DNA from: Camelus ferus
Taxonomy: Eukaryota
Direction of reading: 5' to 3'
Length of the DNA stretch: 64,000 nt
Assembly (NCBI RefSeq): GCF_009834535.1
Contig: NC_045697.1
Coordinates: forward strand, 94,304,001 to 94,368,000
Both the position numbers and the translations under genes were made by a program. This document shows, piece by piece, positions 24,200 to 37,200 of this stretch; within the stretch, counting starts at the first letter, position 1; every line of letters begins with the position of its first letter. The notes beneath the pieces are model-generated. The model ran no database searches. It was not told the origin of the DNA and saw only the letters and a program-made list of their open reading frames with translations.

Positions 24200-24390
24200 A
24201 GTTAATGTTTCACAAAGTATGGCTTCAAACCACCTGCATCAAAAGCATTTATGGTATGTATTAAAATAGTGATTCCAGGATCTCACTCTCAGAGATGCTA
24301 ATAAATAAGACTTTAGAAAGTCTGAGGAATTTACATTTTAACACTTGATCCGTGCATCTTAGGTAAAAAAAGTTTAAAATTCAATGTTTT
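24200..24390. mobile_element. MER5-like hAT-Charlie MITE
   Basis: 'tttcacaaagtatgg...cacctgcatcaaaagc...gattccaggatctcactctcagagatgct...atttacattttaaca'. Confidence 0.6.
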
Positions 24391-24709
24391 AGACAACTGA
24401 TCTCTTCATTATTTTCCAATTGGTCATTCTTCCTTGGATTAAGTTTTCTCTCTACAGATAAATAGTTTCATTAATTTTGCTCAATCCTCAAAGAATACCA
24501 TAACTGCATTATATTATATATCTGTCACATTGGTTGATATTTCAAATAACATTCATCTTGCAAACTTTAACTGACATCTTATCACTTTCATGTCTACTAC
24601 AACTTCAAATCCTATGTGAGAAATGCCATGAAATCCTACAGGAACTTTTATTGCCTCACATGTTATCTTTCTTTCTCTATTTATTCTAACCCACATTAAT
24701 TAATTAGTG

Positions 24710-24930
24710 CAAAATGATGGAGAGTACTTCTTTGACCATCGACCAGGCACATCTGTGTTTGAACTGACTGTGCTAGTTACTTCAGAAGTTACTTGACTTT
24801 TCTAAATCTCATTTTTCTCATCTTAAAATATTTACAAATATTGCCATATTTATTATATTATGATTAAGTATGATTTACATGAACTAATTCATGCCTTGTG
24901 CAAATTGACTAAGTCAAAAAATTTAGTTTC
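24710..24930 (+). mobile_element. MIR SINE
   Basis: 'aagttacttgacttttctaaatctcatttttctcatcttaaaat'. Confidence 0.6.
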
Positions 24931-24985
24931 TTATCCTTTCACCCCCTTCACTGTTATTTATTTTGAAATATCACTTGTATGTGAG

Positions 24986-25020
24986 TGTGTGTGTGTGTCT
25001 GTGTGTGTGTGTGCGTGCAC
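24986..25020. repeat. Imperfect (TG)n
   Basis: Seen directly. Confidence 0.85.
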
Positions 25021-25219
25021 ATGTGTTACCAACTAGAGGATTAAACTCTTGGGATTCTGGTTTTGTGTCACTTTGTATCCATAACAAATGGCAGAAATAT
25101 TCCATAAATAGTTTAACTACCATCATATTAAAATATTACTTTATTAGAGTGCCAGAGCTGTATTTATCACTATTGAGTGTTAAAATGTATTTTGATTAAA
25201 TGTTTACAAATATGTCGTC

Positions 25220-25340
25220 TTCATTAGGCTTGAGCTCTCGTATAAGGTCACTGTCTTATTTGTGTATCTCTAGAGCCATCTGTAGGACCTGGTATAAAAT
25301 AAAAACTTTACGTGCATATGTTGAATGAATGTATGAATGG
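25220..25340 (+). mobile_element. L2 3' end
   Basis: 'taggcttgagctctcg...actgtcttatttg...acctggtata...atatgttgaatgaatgtatgaat'. Confidence 0.65.
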
Positions 25341-28021
25341 GTTTTACATTTCTGAAGAAATTATGAAAAACTTTGAATTCAGAAGTTTGTTTAGTTCTGG
25401 AGCAGAGTGATGGCATTATTATTATTATTATTTTTACCTGATTATTGGTGTATGCATATAAAACAATTAAGATCTTTATACATTCTTTGCTATTCAGTTT
25501 AGCTCTTGTGCCATCCACTCTTTAAATGTAGAACCTGGCATCTAGTTGCTGCTGGCTGAGTGAATGAATAAACAAAGAACTAAGTTGATAGATGTTTCAT
25601 AGTTTTGACAACCTGGCACTGATTTACAAAATGGTATTTGGGATGAGTTTGAAGATAACTAGCTCAAAGCAATTATGTCCTTGTTTAGATGTAAGAATTT
25701 TTCAGTCCAAGGAATGAGGAGATGTATCCAAGGTCACAAATTATTTACTTTGAAGACAAAAAAAGAGAGAGAATGACATACATATGGACTTTTTGTCATT
25801 TATTATGACATAAGTATTTTGCATAATGGAAAGCAGAAATTTAAAAAAAGCAATGTAATGAATTTGAGATTGTGCATATATTTCAAGAAAGCATAAAATA
25901 AACATTAAAATAGCTTTTTCTCTCCATATATAATTATATGTAATTACTCATGATCAGAAAAATGTGGACCGATAGGAAGTAAGACTCAGAATTAATCAGC
26001 AATGTATTAGCACTAACAAAGTTCTTTAAATTTTGTCCAAATATTTATTATTTTGGCCAGCAATGTCACTTTGATGAAATGTTGCTCACAATGATTCATA
26101 ATTGTTGGATCCTATATTATGTGACTATGTAGGAAAAATGTTAATTAAATAGCTAATGATAATGATAACTGAATAGAGTCATTCAATTGTATACAAATTA
26201 TATATGAGTCAACTCTGAGAATAATGGATGTGATAATGGATAGACAAAAAGTAAGTAAAAAGCATTCTCATTCTTTTAATTAAAATAACAATTTTCACTG
26301 GAAATCAGTGTATATACCACTTATGTTATTAAACTGAAATGCATCAAATAATATTTACATAAGAACAAGTATCATCACTTTTTAATAACTATATAAAATT
26401 AGATTATATTTGTTTAACTGATGTGAACAAAATTATAGTTTTAGAATTTCTACATGATTTGTAGGTGTATAATATTTAGACCACAAGCCATCAAGTGTTT
26501 ATTGTATGTTGATTTTGTGCCCAGAACTGTGACTGCCTCACCCTGAGTGAGTTTCAAGAGTAAGTTTGAAGTTGATCTGAATCTTCACTGGCTTATAACT
26601 GCCTTAAGTCTTTCTCAAAATGCGTATTCCCAGATCCTTACATACAGAGATTTCCAACGTGTAGACACAGAATAGTTCCGAGGAATTTGTCACATTGACT
26701 CCTGGGATTCTTGCATGTACACAAATCTGAGAATTACTAGACTGGAAAATAACATAGATTTTATTTTTTCTTATTATTTCTTCTTTAATTAAAATATTGC
26801 ATTATTGGTGATAAACAGTCGCTTCTCTGCTTTCTGTTCTCTGAAATCCAAATCATTGTTAAAAATGATTGATGCATAAATAAATTTTAAAATTGTACAT
26901 TATCCCAGGGAACTAGCTCCACCATACTACTAGTAGAGCATATATTGCCTAAATTACTTACAAGCTGCTGAAAGAGAAAATATTCCTGCATGATACAAAG
27001 ATAATTTTATTTTTCACTTTTTGTATCTGAAGGACCAGAAACTTCATGAAACGTATTTCTTATTATGGGTATTATCTTATTTTGCTTCTATTGATTTTGA
27101 AAAAAAAATTTAAAACTGCTGTAAAAAAATAAGGTCTACAAAACTCAGTTTTTAAAGCCTTTGAATTGGCTCAAAAGCAGTACTGCTATGTATCTATGCA
27201 TAATTTCTATATGAAAAATCAGAGAAAACAGTTTACAGCTACATTACAGGCCTAATTCTCAGTTTATTTCTAGCAATTTTCAATGAAAGAAATAAAAACT
27301 GCCTAAAACTATTTGGAATGCTTTAAAACAAATAATTTTCAGATTTGCACAGTTAATATATTTGTTTTGATTTTGAAGAGTTTAAAAGGAAGCAACTTAT
27401 TATCTGTAACATAATTACCAACTAAGCAACTGAACCCATTAATGCATACATATTCATTGTATGCATTGTTTGCCTGTCTCTGCAAAGCGTTGTGCTAAAA
27501 ACAGTAGAGAATGCTGATCCTCTCTGAACACTGGAGAATATCAAGTTAGGATTAGACAGTTTCTGCTCCTTGAAGTTTATAGGTATGGATTTAAGATATG
27601 TACATACCAAGATATAATTTTTGGTCTTTTTTTAATGGATTAAGAGGAACTCTGTAATGAAAGGGACCACTAATTTTAAAGGGTAGGGATGAGGAAGAAA
27701 AGAGTACAAGTGGCAGGTGAAGGCACAAAGTGTAAGAGTGTTCAGATCCAAAGAGACTTACTGAGATCTGGGCACAGGGACTCAGAATCACAGCACTAGA
27801 AGAAATGAAGGTGGCCCTGGAACAAATTCCTTCGTTTTACAGAAGAAGAAGTAAAATTCCAGTACCTTGTCCACTGGTACAGTGAGCTAAATTACTCTGG
27901 ATCTCAAAGGGTAATGAAGCAATCAAACAGCTTGAATACAGGACATTAGTGTAAACATAAACATGACAAGGAAAGCTATCATATTTTCACTGAATATATC
28001 TAGAGATAAAATGTATAGACT

Positions 28022-28074
28022 TGGTTAGATTTACTCCTAGGTATTTTATTACTTTGGGTGCTATTTTAAAGGGG
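28022..28074 (-). mobile_element. Inverted 5' segment of L1 (ORF2 RT region)
   Basis: Reverse complement encodes PFKIAPKVIKYLGVNLT (L1 ORF2p KYLG motif); directly follows left TSD gtatagact (28013-28021). Confidence 0.88.
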
Positions 28075-28544
28075 ACTGGATAAAGAAGAAGTGGTATATT
28101 TATACAATGGAATACTATTCAGCCATAAAAAAACAACAACATAATGCCATTTGCAGAAACATGGATGTTACTGGAGAATGTCATTCTAAGTGAAGTAAGC
28201 CAGAAAGAGAAAGAAAAATACCATATGAGATCACTCATATGCGGAATCTAAAAAAAACCCCAAAACACAAAAAAAACAAAAAAAATACAAAACAGAAACA
28301 GACTCATAGACATAGAATACAAACTTGTGGTTGCCAGGGGGACGGGGGGTGGGAAGGGACTGGGATTTCAAAATGTGGAATAGATAAACAAGGTCGTACT
28401 GTGTAGCACAGGGAAATATATACAGGATCTTGTGGTGGCTCACAGCGAAAGAGAATGTGACAATGAATGTATGTATGTTTCTGTATAACTGAAAAATTGT
28501 GCTCTACACTGCAATTTGACACAACATTGTAAAATGACTATAAC
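28075..28544 (+). mobile_element. L1 copy A: ORF2 end + 3'UTR, interrupted just before its poly(A) signal
   Basis: 'actggataaagaag...tacaatggaatact...gaagtaagccagaaagag...ttgtaaaatgactataac'; remainder 'tcaataaaaaag...' at ~29562-29589. Confidence 0.92.
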
Positions 28545-29560
28545 GACAAAGGCTTGATCTCCAGAATATATAAGCAGCTCATACGACTTAATAAGAAAAA
28601 AATAAACAACCCAATCCAAAAATGGGCAGAAGACCTAAACAAGCAATTCTCCAAGGAAGACATACAAATGATCAAAAAGCACATGAAAAAATGCTCAATA
28701 TCACTAATTATCAGAGAAATGCAAATCCAAACTACAATGAGGTATCACCTCACACCAGTCAGAATGGCCGTCATTCAAAAATCCACAAATGACAAATGCT
28801 GGAGAGGCTGTGGAGAAAGGGGAACCCTCCTACACTGCTGGTGGGAATGCAGTTTGGTGCAGCCACTATGGAAAACAGTGTGGAGATTCCTCAAAAGACT
28901 AGGAATAGACTTCCCACATGACCCAGGAATCCCACTCCTGGGCTTGTATCCAGAAGGAAATCTACTTCAGGATGACACCTGCACCCCAATGTTCATAGCA
29001 GCACTATTTACAATAGCCAAAACATGGAAACAGCCTAAATGTCCATCAACAGGTGACTGGATAAAGAAGAGGTGGTATATTTATACAATGGAATACTACT
29101 CAGCCATAAAAACCGACAACATAATGCCATTTGCAGCAACATAGATGCTCCTGGAGAATGTCATTCTAAGTGAAGTAAGCCAGAAAGAGAAAGAAAAATA
29201 CCATATGAGATCGCTCATATGTGGAATCTAAAAAACAAAAACAAAAAAAAAGAAACAAACAACAACAAAGTGTAAATACAGGACAGAAATAGACTCACAG
29301 ACAGAGAATACAGACTTGTGGTTACCAGGGGGGTGGAGGGTGGGTGGGATAGACTGGGATTTCAAAATTGTAGAATAGATAAACAAGATTACACTGTATA
29401 GCACAGGGAAATATACACAAAATGTTATGATAACTCACAGAGAAAAAAATGTGACAATGAGTGTGTATATGTCCATGAATGACTGAAAAATTGTGCTGAA
29501 CACTGGAATTTGACACAACATTGTAAAATGATTATAAATCAATAAAAAATGTTAAAAAAA
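28545..29560 (+). mobile_element. L1 copy B: young 5'-truncated L1 (ORF2 C-terminus + 3'UTR + poly(A))
   Basis: 196-aa open frame 28554-29144 with Cys-rich '[18 protein letters not shown]'; TGG>TAG stop at 29142-29144; AATAAA and A tail. Confidence 0.96.
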
Positions 29561-31041
29561 CTCAATAAAAAAGTTTATATATAAAAAAAGTATAGACTCA
29601 CTTAAAAGTGTTTCAAGTATGCACCTAATTTCAACTGAAGCTGAAATATGCAAACTTCATCATCTGTCTGTGTAAACACATAATCTGTATTTTCTTGTTA
29701 CAAAAATGTGTTTTTAACCAACACCTAAGGGATTGTCCCCTTTTATGGTCTTTCTATTTTAGGAAAATAGTAAAAAATTATAAGGCTAATTAAAACAGTA
29801 TTGGTCCAAAGTCATTGTAAGAATTCAGAAACTATGGTAAATGATTTCCCAGATGTATCCGTAAAAACCTACAGGATTTGCAAAAAAAATTTAGGCACTA
29901 AGTTATGTTAAAAGACATAAAACATAAGAAAAATAATATATGTTTATTGTTGATGATGCTGATATTCAGCAGAATAAAAGGACAACTCTCTACATTAACC
30001 TAATTTAATACCTCCTGGGCACAGTTGTAGATCTGGATCTAAGTGTATGTAATATTCACATGAATAGCATTCTTCCATAAGTTAATTTTGAATGCCACTG
30101 CCAGATTGATCTTGCATGTATATATATTAACAAAAGAGAAAAAAAATACAAATATGCTTCATATGGAAATTATCTCTGTTTTTATGGTCTGTATAAATCT
30201 GTTTATAGATAAACACTTTGACTTTAATGTGTATATTTTATTCATTTTTTTAGTGAGTTTTAAAAGACCTGTTTATTTTACTGTAAGCTTTTGGGCTTTT
30301 AGTGAAGATAGCAATGTCTTACATAAATTAGGACAAATATGTTTTCTCATTACAGTGTTTTAAGAATTTGGAACAGCCTATTTTCTGAAGGAGTGTAAAT
30401 GTCTACTCTATTAAGTGGCTTGCTTTACTCATCATTTTTATGCATGACTAAAGGAAACATTCATTTTGTAAGATACAAACTATCAAAATTTTAGATTATA
30501 CTTCTCTGGAATAAACTATTAGCTTTTCTGAATTTTTAAAATGAGTTATAATACCTAACTTTTCAGAATAGGTTGTTGGAGCAACACATTGTTATTAACC
30601 ATTTAAAAATATATGAAACATTTTTAACTTCTTACAAAAATAGTTCTGAACATCACTAAAGATTTTCTTCATCTTACAGAGTTACAATATGAATATTTAT
30701 CCGTATAATTATGGGCTGACTTCAGTACACCCAGGTTTGCTCCCAATGTTGGAAATGTAAAATAATTTGCTTTCTGAAACTTTGTTTTCTTTTTTTTTTT
30801 TTTTGAATTTTTCTGTTTTTCATCATTAATAGACTCTCTCTTGAATTCTAGTTTGAAGGTTCTACTTTGTAGTGGGCTTGGAAGTCAGATAATAACAACA
30901 AAAAAAGATGTGTTAAAAAATGTGAAATAAAAGAATGAATAAGGTTGAGGGAGACCCTAAATGTATGTATTTTTAGGTTAGAAAAACCTGGCTACATATG
31001 GATAGGCTGTTTTGCCGGAAATCTGAGATTCTAAACAGATT

Positions 31042-31066
31042 TGTGTGTGTGTGTGTGTGTGTGTGT
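31042..31066. repeat. (TG)n microsatellite
   Basis: Seen directly. Confidence 0.95.
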
Positions 31067-31259
31067 ACTCAGCAAAATTTTCTGTTCATTCAGTTTGATG
31101 ATTAATGAAGAAGAGCTCACAGAATGGGTATTTCATATGAAATGAACTACCCCTTTCAACTGCAAACAAGTTTCAAGGTTTCAATTTGGTTATTTCCAGA
31201 AGCTGACCCTGAAATAAGAATTTGACTGGTAATTATTATTTGTCAATTGTTTCAAGAAT

Positions 31260-31480
31260 GACCTGCCTGGTTGAGGAGATGTCAGGAGGAAAGAGGAGAG
31301 AGTATCTCAGTGTATTGGTGAGCAGCTCCCTGCGGTGGGCAAATGGGCAGTGGTTCATCAGGGATGTGTGGACCACTGTGGGAAAATATGGGAGTTATCC
31401 ATCTGAGGGGTGAGACGGCTGTAGCTGGACTGTAGTCGGGGAAGGTGATTTGGGGAGGTTAATTCCCCAGAATTTCTAGC
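31260..31480 (-). mobile_element. Possible ERVL LTR (LTR16-like) fragment
   Basis: G-rich island 'gagttatccatctgaggggtgagacggctg' resembling LTR16-family antisense sequence. Confidence 0.4.
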
Positions 31481-33679
31481 CTCTTCATATATAGGGAGGA
31501 CTGAGTATATACAAGAATATCACTGACTGGGTCTCCTGCAGAGCATAAAGATAGAATGTTAGGGTCAGATTTTTAGGGTGAGTTAAAAATAGGAAGACTA
31601 AGTTAGTTAAGTTAGTATGGTGTATAAATAGTGAATTATTTATGCTTGATCCATTGTAAATGTACAATAAATCTGTCCTCAAGTGTCATTTCTACTAAAT
31701 ATTAAGACCACCATTGTTTTTTTTCTCCTAGGGAAAGCAAGGGACATCAGAGAAGTAAGGCTCAAAGTGAAATGAGAAACATCACTGATGTTTCTAGATC
31801 CTAACAAAAAGCAAAGCTCAAATACATATGACCTTGTGAATGTACAAAGCTACTAAATTTAAATATATATATATTTAAATTTCATCTGCCATTTTTACAT
31901 TACTGGAATGGAAACCGACTTTTAGAATTACACAAAATGTTCTCTAGTTTGCTCTGGTAGTTTCTGTGTTAGAAACAGTGGCTTAGGTAGTTTTAGAGGT
32001 AAAGCTGGGATGACATATTTGTAAAATGAACATTCAAAATGACACAAATGTAATGATATGGAGGTACTGGAAAAATATTTGCATCATTTAAAGTGACAAA
32101 TGTTAATGTGGTGGATAAGCAATCTGTCACCTGCTAGGGATACGCGTTCACAGCTGTGGGAATCAAACTGCAGCATGACTTACTGAAAGTCATTCCAGAA
32201 GCACCTGTTCCAGACAAAAGGATAAATTACTTTTATTCTCGGCTTATGTGAATATTATTTGAAATGTGGGGGTCATTTGCCACAGATTTGGCATTGTTAA
32301 GAAGACTTATCAAGTTCACAGATGTAGTGCTCACTAAGAATCAGAGACGACTGAGCTGAGTGCAAAAAACCAGAAAGCTGCAAAATTAGATAATGAAGGA
32401 GGTCCCTTTGGAAACTTAATATTTTGGCCAGTTATACCCAATAATATTGGATTTTCCTACCTTATTGTGAGAAATATAGATTATGACAGAGCTAGGTTCT
32501 ACATCTGGTAAGTTTAGGCATTAGTGAAATTTTATTTTTTTTTACAAGAGAAAAATAAAGACAATAAATAAGTAAACAGGCAAAAGATCTCATGTATTGT
32601 TTTCAAGGACAGTGTTTAATAGTCTTACATTTGCTTGTATGGGTCAGTTTTAAATTGTTCCTCTATAATTAGTCTGTAGTTCTTATCTGTATATCAAAAG
32701 TTTAATATGACAAAATATACTTTTCTTTGTTATATACTATAAAAAAGTTATGTGATTTCTCAAATGGCTTTTTATAGAGGCATAGATTTTTAATTGATAA
32801 ATATTATGGAAATGGTAATAAACATAATTTAATAATCCCCTGGAAAGAAAGTTATGAAACTTTTAAACACATTCTTTAATGGAATTCAGAGCTGCAGGAA
32901 TCTAGTTCTGAAAGCAGGTGTTTCCCAACTGTGGCTTAAAAATAAGAATGACATAGCAGAGTTATTAATAATGCAAACCTTTTCTGAAAGTTTGGTCAAG
33001 TAGTAAGTTTTTCTAATTTGTAGACTAAAATAAACAAATGCTAAGAAAACACTACACACACATAAGCATACATATATAACCTCTCAGAATCTACCTCTAA
33101 TCTGAAACGCCACAAATGAAATTTCATGGCTAAAAATATAATGGAGAATCTTGTAAAGTTACCTTATAAAATGTATAGTTATCCAAATAGTTGATGTACT
33201 CCAGTGGTCAAAATAGCCATAATTATCCTGTTCCTAGAAAACCTTATCTTTTGCATGAGGACATACCAACTTTAAAAATTCCATAGTAGGAAAGATATGA
33301 TTAAAGAAATCTAAGCTAACTCAGTGCTAAAATAAATAGACAATGGCAATATAAAAATAAAGTTTATAGAAGGGAGTAACTTTTATTTAGATATTTCAAA
33401 ATATTTTAAAATTGTTTAACAAAACTGAATAATTATTGCAACTGAAAGAGTAATCTTTTCTCTGTAAATTACAAAATTTTTAAAAACTGTATTAAGGTAA
33501 CAAAACTAAATTAGTATTTGAACATTAAAACCACTGATAATTTCATCTAGTATTTCCCTTCTGAGTCCTGGGCTGTAGTAACTGGTGGATGACAATAGTC
33601 CAGAGACCAGGGGCTTGCCTCTTCTTTTCTCAGTGTGATTGAGTCTAGTCAGTTTCACCCCAGTTGTCTCATGTTTTGG

Positions 33680-34230
33680 GTTTTCCATCATCTCATAGGT
33701 GGATTACTGACTGCCTCTGTGATGGTCTCCCCACTTTCAATTTCATTAAATTTTCTACACTACAGGTCAGAGTGATATTTCTGGAGTAAAAATCTAACAG
33801 GCCTCTTCTTTTACATGAATGATATACAAATTATCTGATAGCTTCTCACTTCTGTAATCCTCCCTCCTACCACTGGTCCTATGTCTAGCATTCTGTATCC
33901 AAAAGATACTGAGTTGTATACCCCCGTTCTCTCTAGTTTCCAATCCTTTGAAGATGCTCTTCTCTCGGCCTGTGTTACTCATCTCCTCATATTTACCTGA
34001 ATATTTTTGCTCTCATCTTCAAGATGCGATGAATGAGATGGATGTCTGGGCTGAATTATATAACTCCCAGAATGTGGATTATGTACCCCTGTCATCTGCT
34101 TTAGTCTTAAATTCTGTAATACAAAAAATTTGTGAAAAACTTAAGAAATGTATTTTTATACATCAATTTTTATATTTCTTTTTGGCAATTCCAAGTTTCC
34201 AACACAGAAATGCTTGCTGAGAATTACATC
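33680..34230 (+). mobile_element. L2 fragment
   Basis: 'catcatctc...ggattactgactgcctc...ggtctccccactttc...tctacactacaggtcagagtgatatttct', ending 'aaatgcttgctgaga'. Confidence 0.7.
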
Positions 34231-37200
34231 AAGAATCTTTATTAATCATCTTTAAACTTACTAACTCTACTTTGGACATAGTATCATGATCTACAAGTGT
34301 TTTCCATCATCTACCACAGTGAAAGTATTTATTTCAACTTCAGGAAATATGAAAGAGTAGAACTACTTAAAGGAATGGGTGAATTTCAATGAAGAAAAAA
34401 ATCTGATTAATTTTGTGTTGTCATGTAGGTTCCATACCAGCCATCTAGTTTAATATATGAATTTAATGCTAGTTATGGTAATTGAGTATCATCTACATTA
34501 CTCCAAAGCTCATTAAAACTTTCAAATTATTCCCTCAGTCTTATAGTTCAGGAAATTGACACTCATGGAAACTGATTAACGTACCCAATGTCATAAAATA
34601 AGTTTTGAAGACAGTTTGTGAACTCAATTCTTTGAACTCCAAACCATTGTACCATCTGCCACCATCTGATCAATCTAGTCTGTGATCAGTCTAGATTCTT
34701 CTCAAACAGTAATTACGTTACACTATTAAATCAAGCTAATTTATTTGTGTCTCAAAAAAAAGATAGAACCCTGAATCTTCAACAAAACTTTGTTTTATTA
34801 CTCTTCTCATCAATATTATTCATCAAAAATAAAATTGTGGCTAGGGAGAGATTTCTTTATTTCTAGTTAATGATTCCAAAGAGCTACTCTTTACAGGGAT
34901 GTAACCTTACAATTTTTTAACTAATAAAACAGCCACATCAATAGACAGCTTCAGAAATAATATCCATAAGGGATTAATAAAGGGAAATGTTTCTATACAC
35001 TTTCTGATCTTCACAGTTGTAAAGAGTAATTGTCACACGACATAGGACATACTGGGTGCTAACAGCATCATTGAACATAGAGTCACAGAAAAACCTCAGT
35101 AAACTAAGAAAAATTGCAACTGATCTGGATGAAAATGATGTTCAGAAAAAATGTCTTAGTAACTGTCAACAAACAAATGTTATAACCAAACTAACAATGG
35201 TACTCTTAGTTCTGATATATTTTATTTCTATGACATGAATTGCGAATCTTTTGTAAGAAGTAAATTAAGAAAAATATTTTATTTACCTTCTATTATCAAA
35301 AAGGCAGCACTACCTTTCCAAAGGGAAAAATATCCTATGTGTTTCCTGAGTATTTGATAATATAAACGAGCTATAGAAATGTTTTTGCTTAAAGACATTG
35401 CTCGAAGTTATTCAGACATTTAAAATTGAACTTGGTATTTTATTTTGTCCTGATTACAGCCTTTCTAAAGGAATCCAATTTGCCTTGTTGCTTTCCCCTT
35501 GCTTTCTCGTTTTATTTTCTTTCATTTATTTCTTCACTTTATAATCAAACAGAATCAAGTTTTTTTTATTTAGCATACATTCATAATTGAATTATTCACA
35601 GAAGTTGGTCATAATATATCTATTTTCCATATATTCATCCTAATAGGTTTTTATTATAGTTTATGTTACATTTATTCATAGTTTATATAATTTATATTTT
35701 CCATATATTCATTCTAACAGACTTTTCATTATAGTTTATAGTCCTTTTTTACTCAGAAATCAAATTTTTCTCATTACATTAGAAAAAATGATATGTTTTC
35801 ATCTGGCAAGTCTGAATTTTTTTCTTTCATTTCTGTTATTGTTATCCATTCATTCCAAGCATAACAACTTATTTTCTTATTAAAGTAAATTATTAAAATA
35901 AGTTAAAGCACAGCATGGATAAACAAATAACAATGCAATTGCATAAAGAGAAAAAGATTGGGGGAAATAAGATCATTCATGCAATTTAGCTTTGTTATTT
36001 TCTATATTCTGAAGGATTACAGGCATTAAGTTTACATTTGTGGAGGGAAGAAAGAACAGCAGTCTATCTGAAAAGCAGGCTTGGAAATGTAGCAAATATA
36101 TGCCTTTGATCTAAGTGAAAGAAATAAATTTGCCAGTGGCATGACAATATTAGGCATTTTAAACTGACCTGTATTACTTGAAATGCAGGTTCAATATTTT
36201 TCAGTTTGATGAGGCTATTCAATGCAAAGCATAAATGAAATTAAGTTATGTACATAATATCTATAATAGAATTTTCTACATTAACTCTTGCAGATGTGGG
36301 TTAATATTTTATTTGCATACATCCTCAAGTTGATCCTGTTCTTTGCTTGGATTTATCACAAGTCTGCAGACGTGGCTTGCTGCTGGAAATGGACATGAAC
36401 AATTAAATTTTCAGTCTGAAATGCAGTGAAAGATTCCACTCCAGCTGCATTTGCTAAGCCCTTTGGTAGCTGTACTGATAAGGCAAAAAGAGGTTCAAGA
36501 ATGAGAAATCTGAAGTGGAGATGCAAATCTCATGCTCGGTTGCTATATTGTTATCTTAGAATATTCTGATCCTGTCTGGCCTCAAAGTAGCTTTACGAGG
36601 AGAACTAAAAAGGAAAGAGAAAGAGGTTACAGTTCTTTCCTTCTAAAATATAGTACATCCGTTTATTATTACAACTTCATTACAGTGAAAACCAGTATCA
36701 TTAAGGTATATTTAAAGCTATTTTTGTTTCATAAATGGTTAAACACATAGACTTTTAAAATGCACTCAATTTATATTTCTGACTGTAGCTCTTTACACAC
36801 AGTTAGAAATATACATTATATATTTGTGCATAAATGGTGTCAGATTATGTTTAATCAATCTTGTCAAATAAATTGGTTGAATAAATGTTGAGTTCTATTT
36901 TTAGACAAAGCAGGGATATTTTTAATATTTCTGTGGTATTTAAAACAATTGATTGCTTTTAATTTACGTGTTCTAAGGATACTTGTCCTTTAACTGATAT
37001 TTTTTAAAGCTTAAAAATGTACTCTTGAAATAGTGCAGATATTATTTTTGCCAGTTTAATCATCTGCATCCCAACAGAATTTTTTTTTCAAATAGCTGTG
37101 CACAGCTACTTTAATATGACTAGACAGATTTCTCCTTGGTGAATTTTAATTTAGCAATAATTTTGCTGCATAAAATGTTGGTATTTCTATGACTAAGATG

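Noticed and set aside
28554..29144. Longest ORF (196 aa) as a host gene
   Set aside because: It is the C-terminus of L1 ORF2p in a 5'-truncated copy with a premature stop
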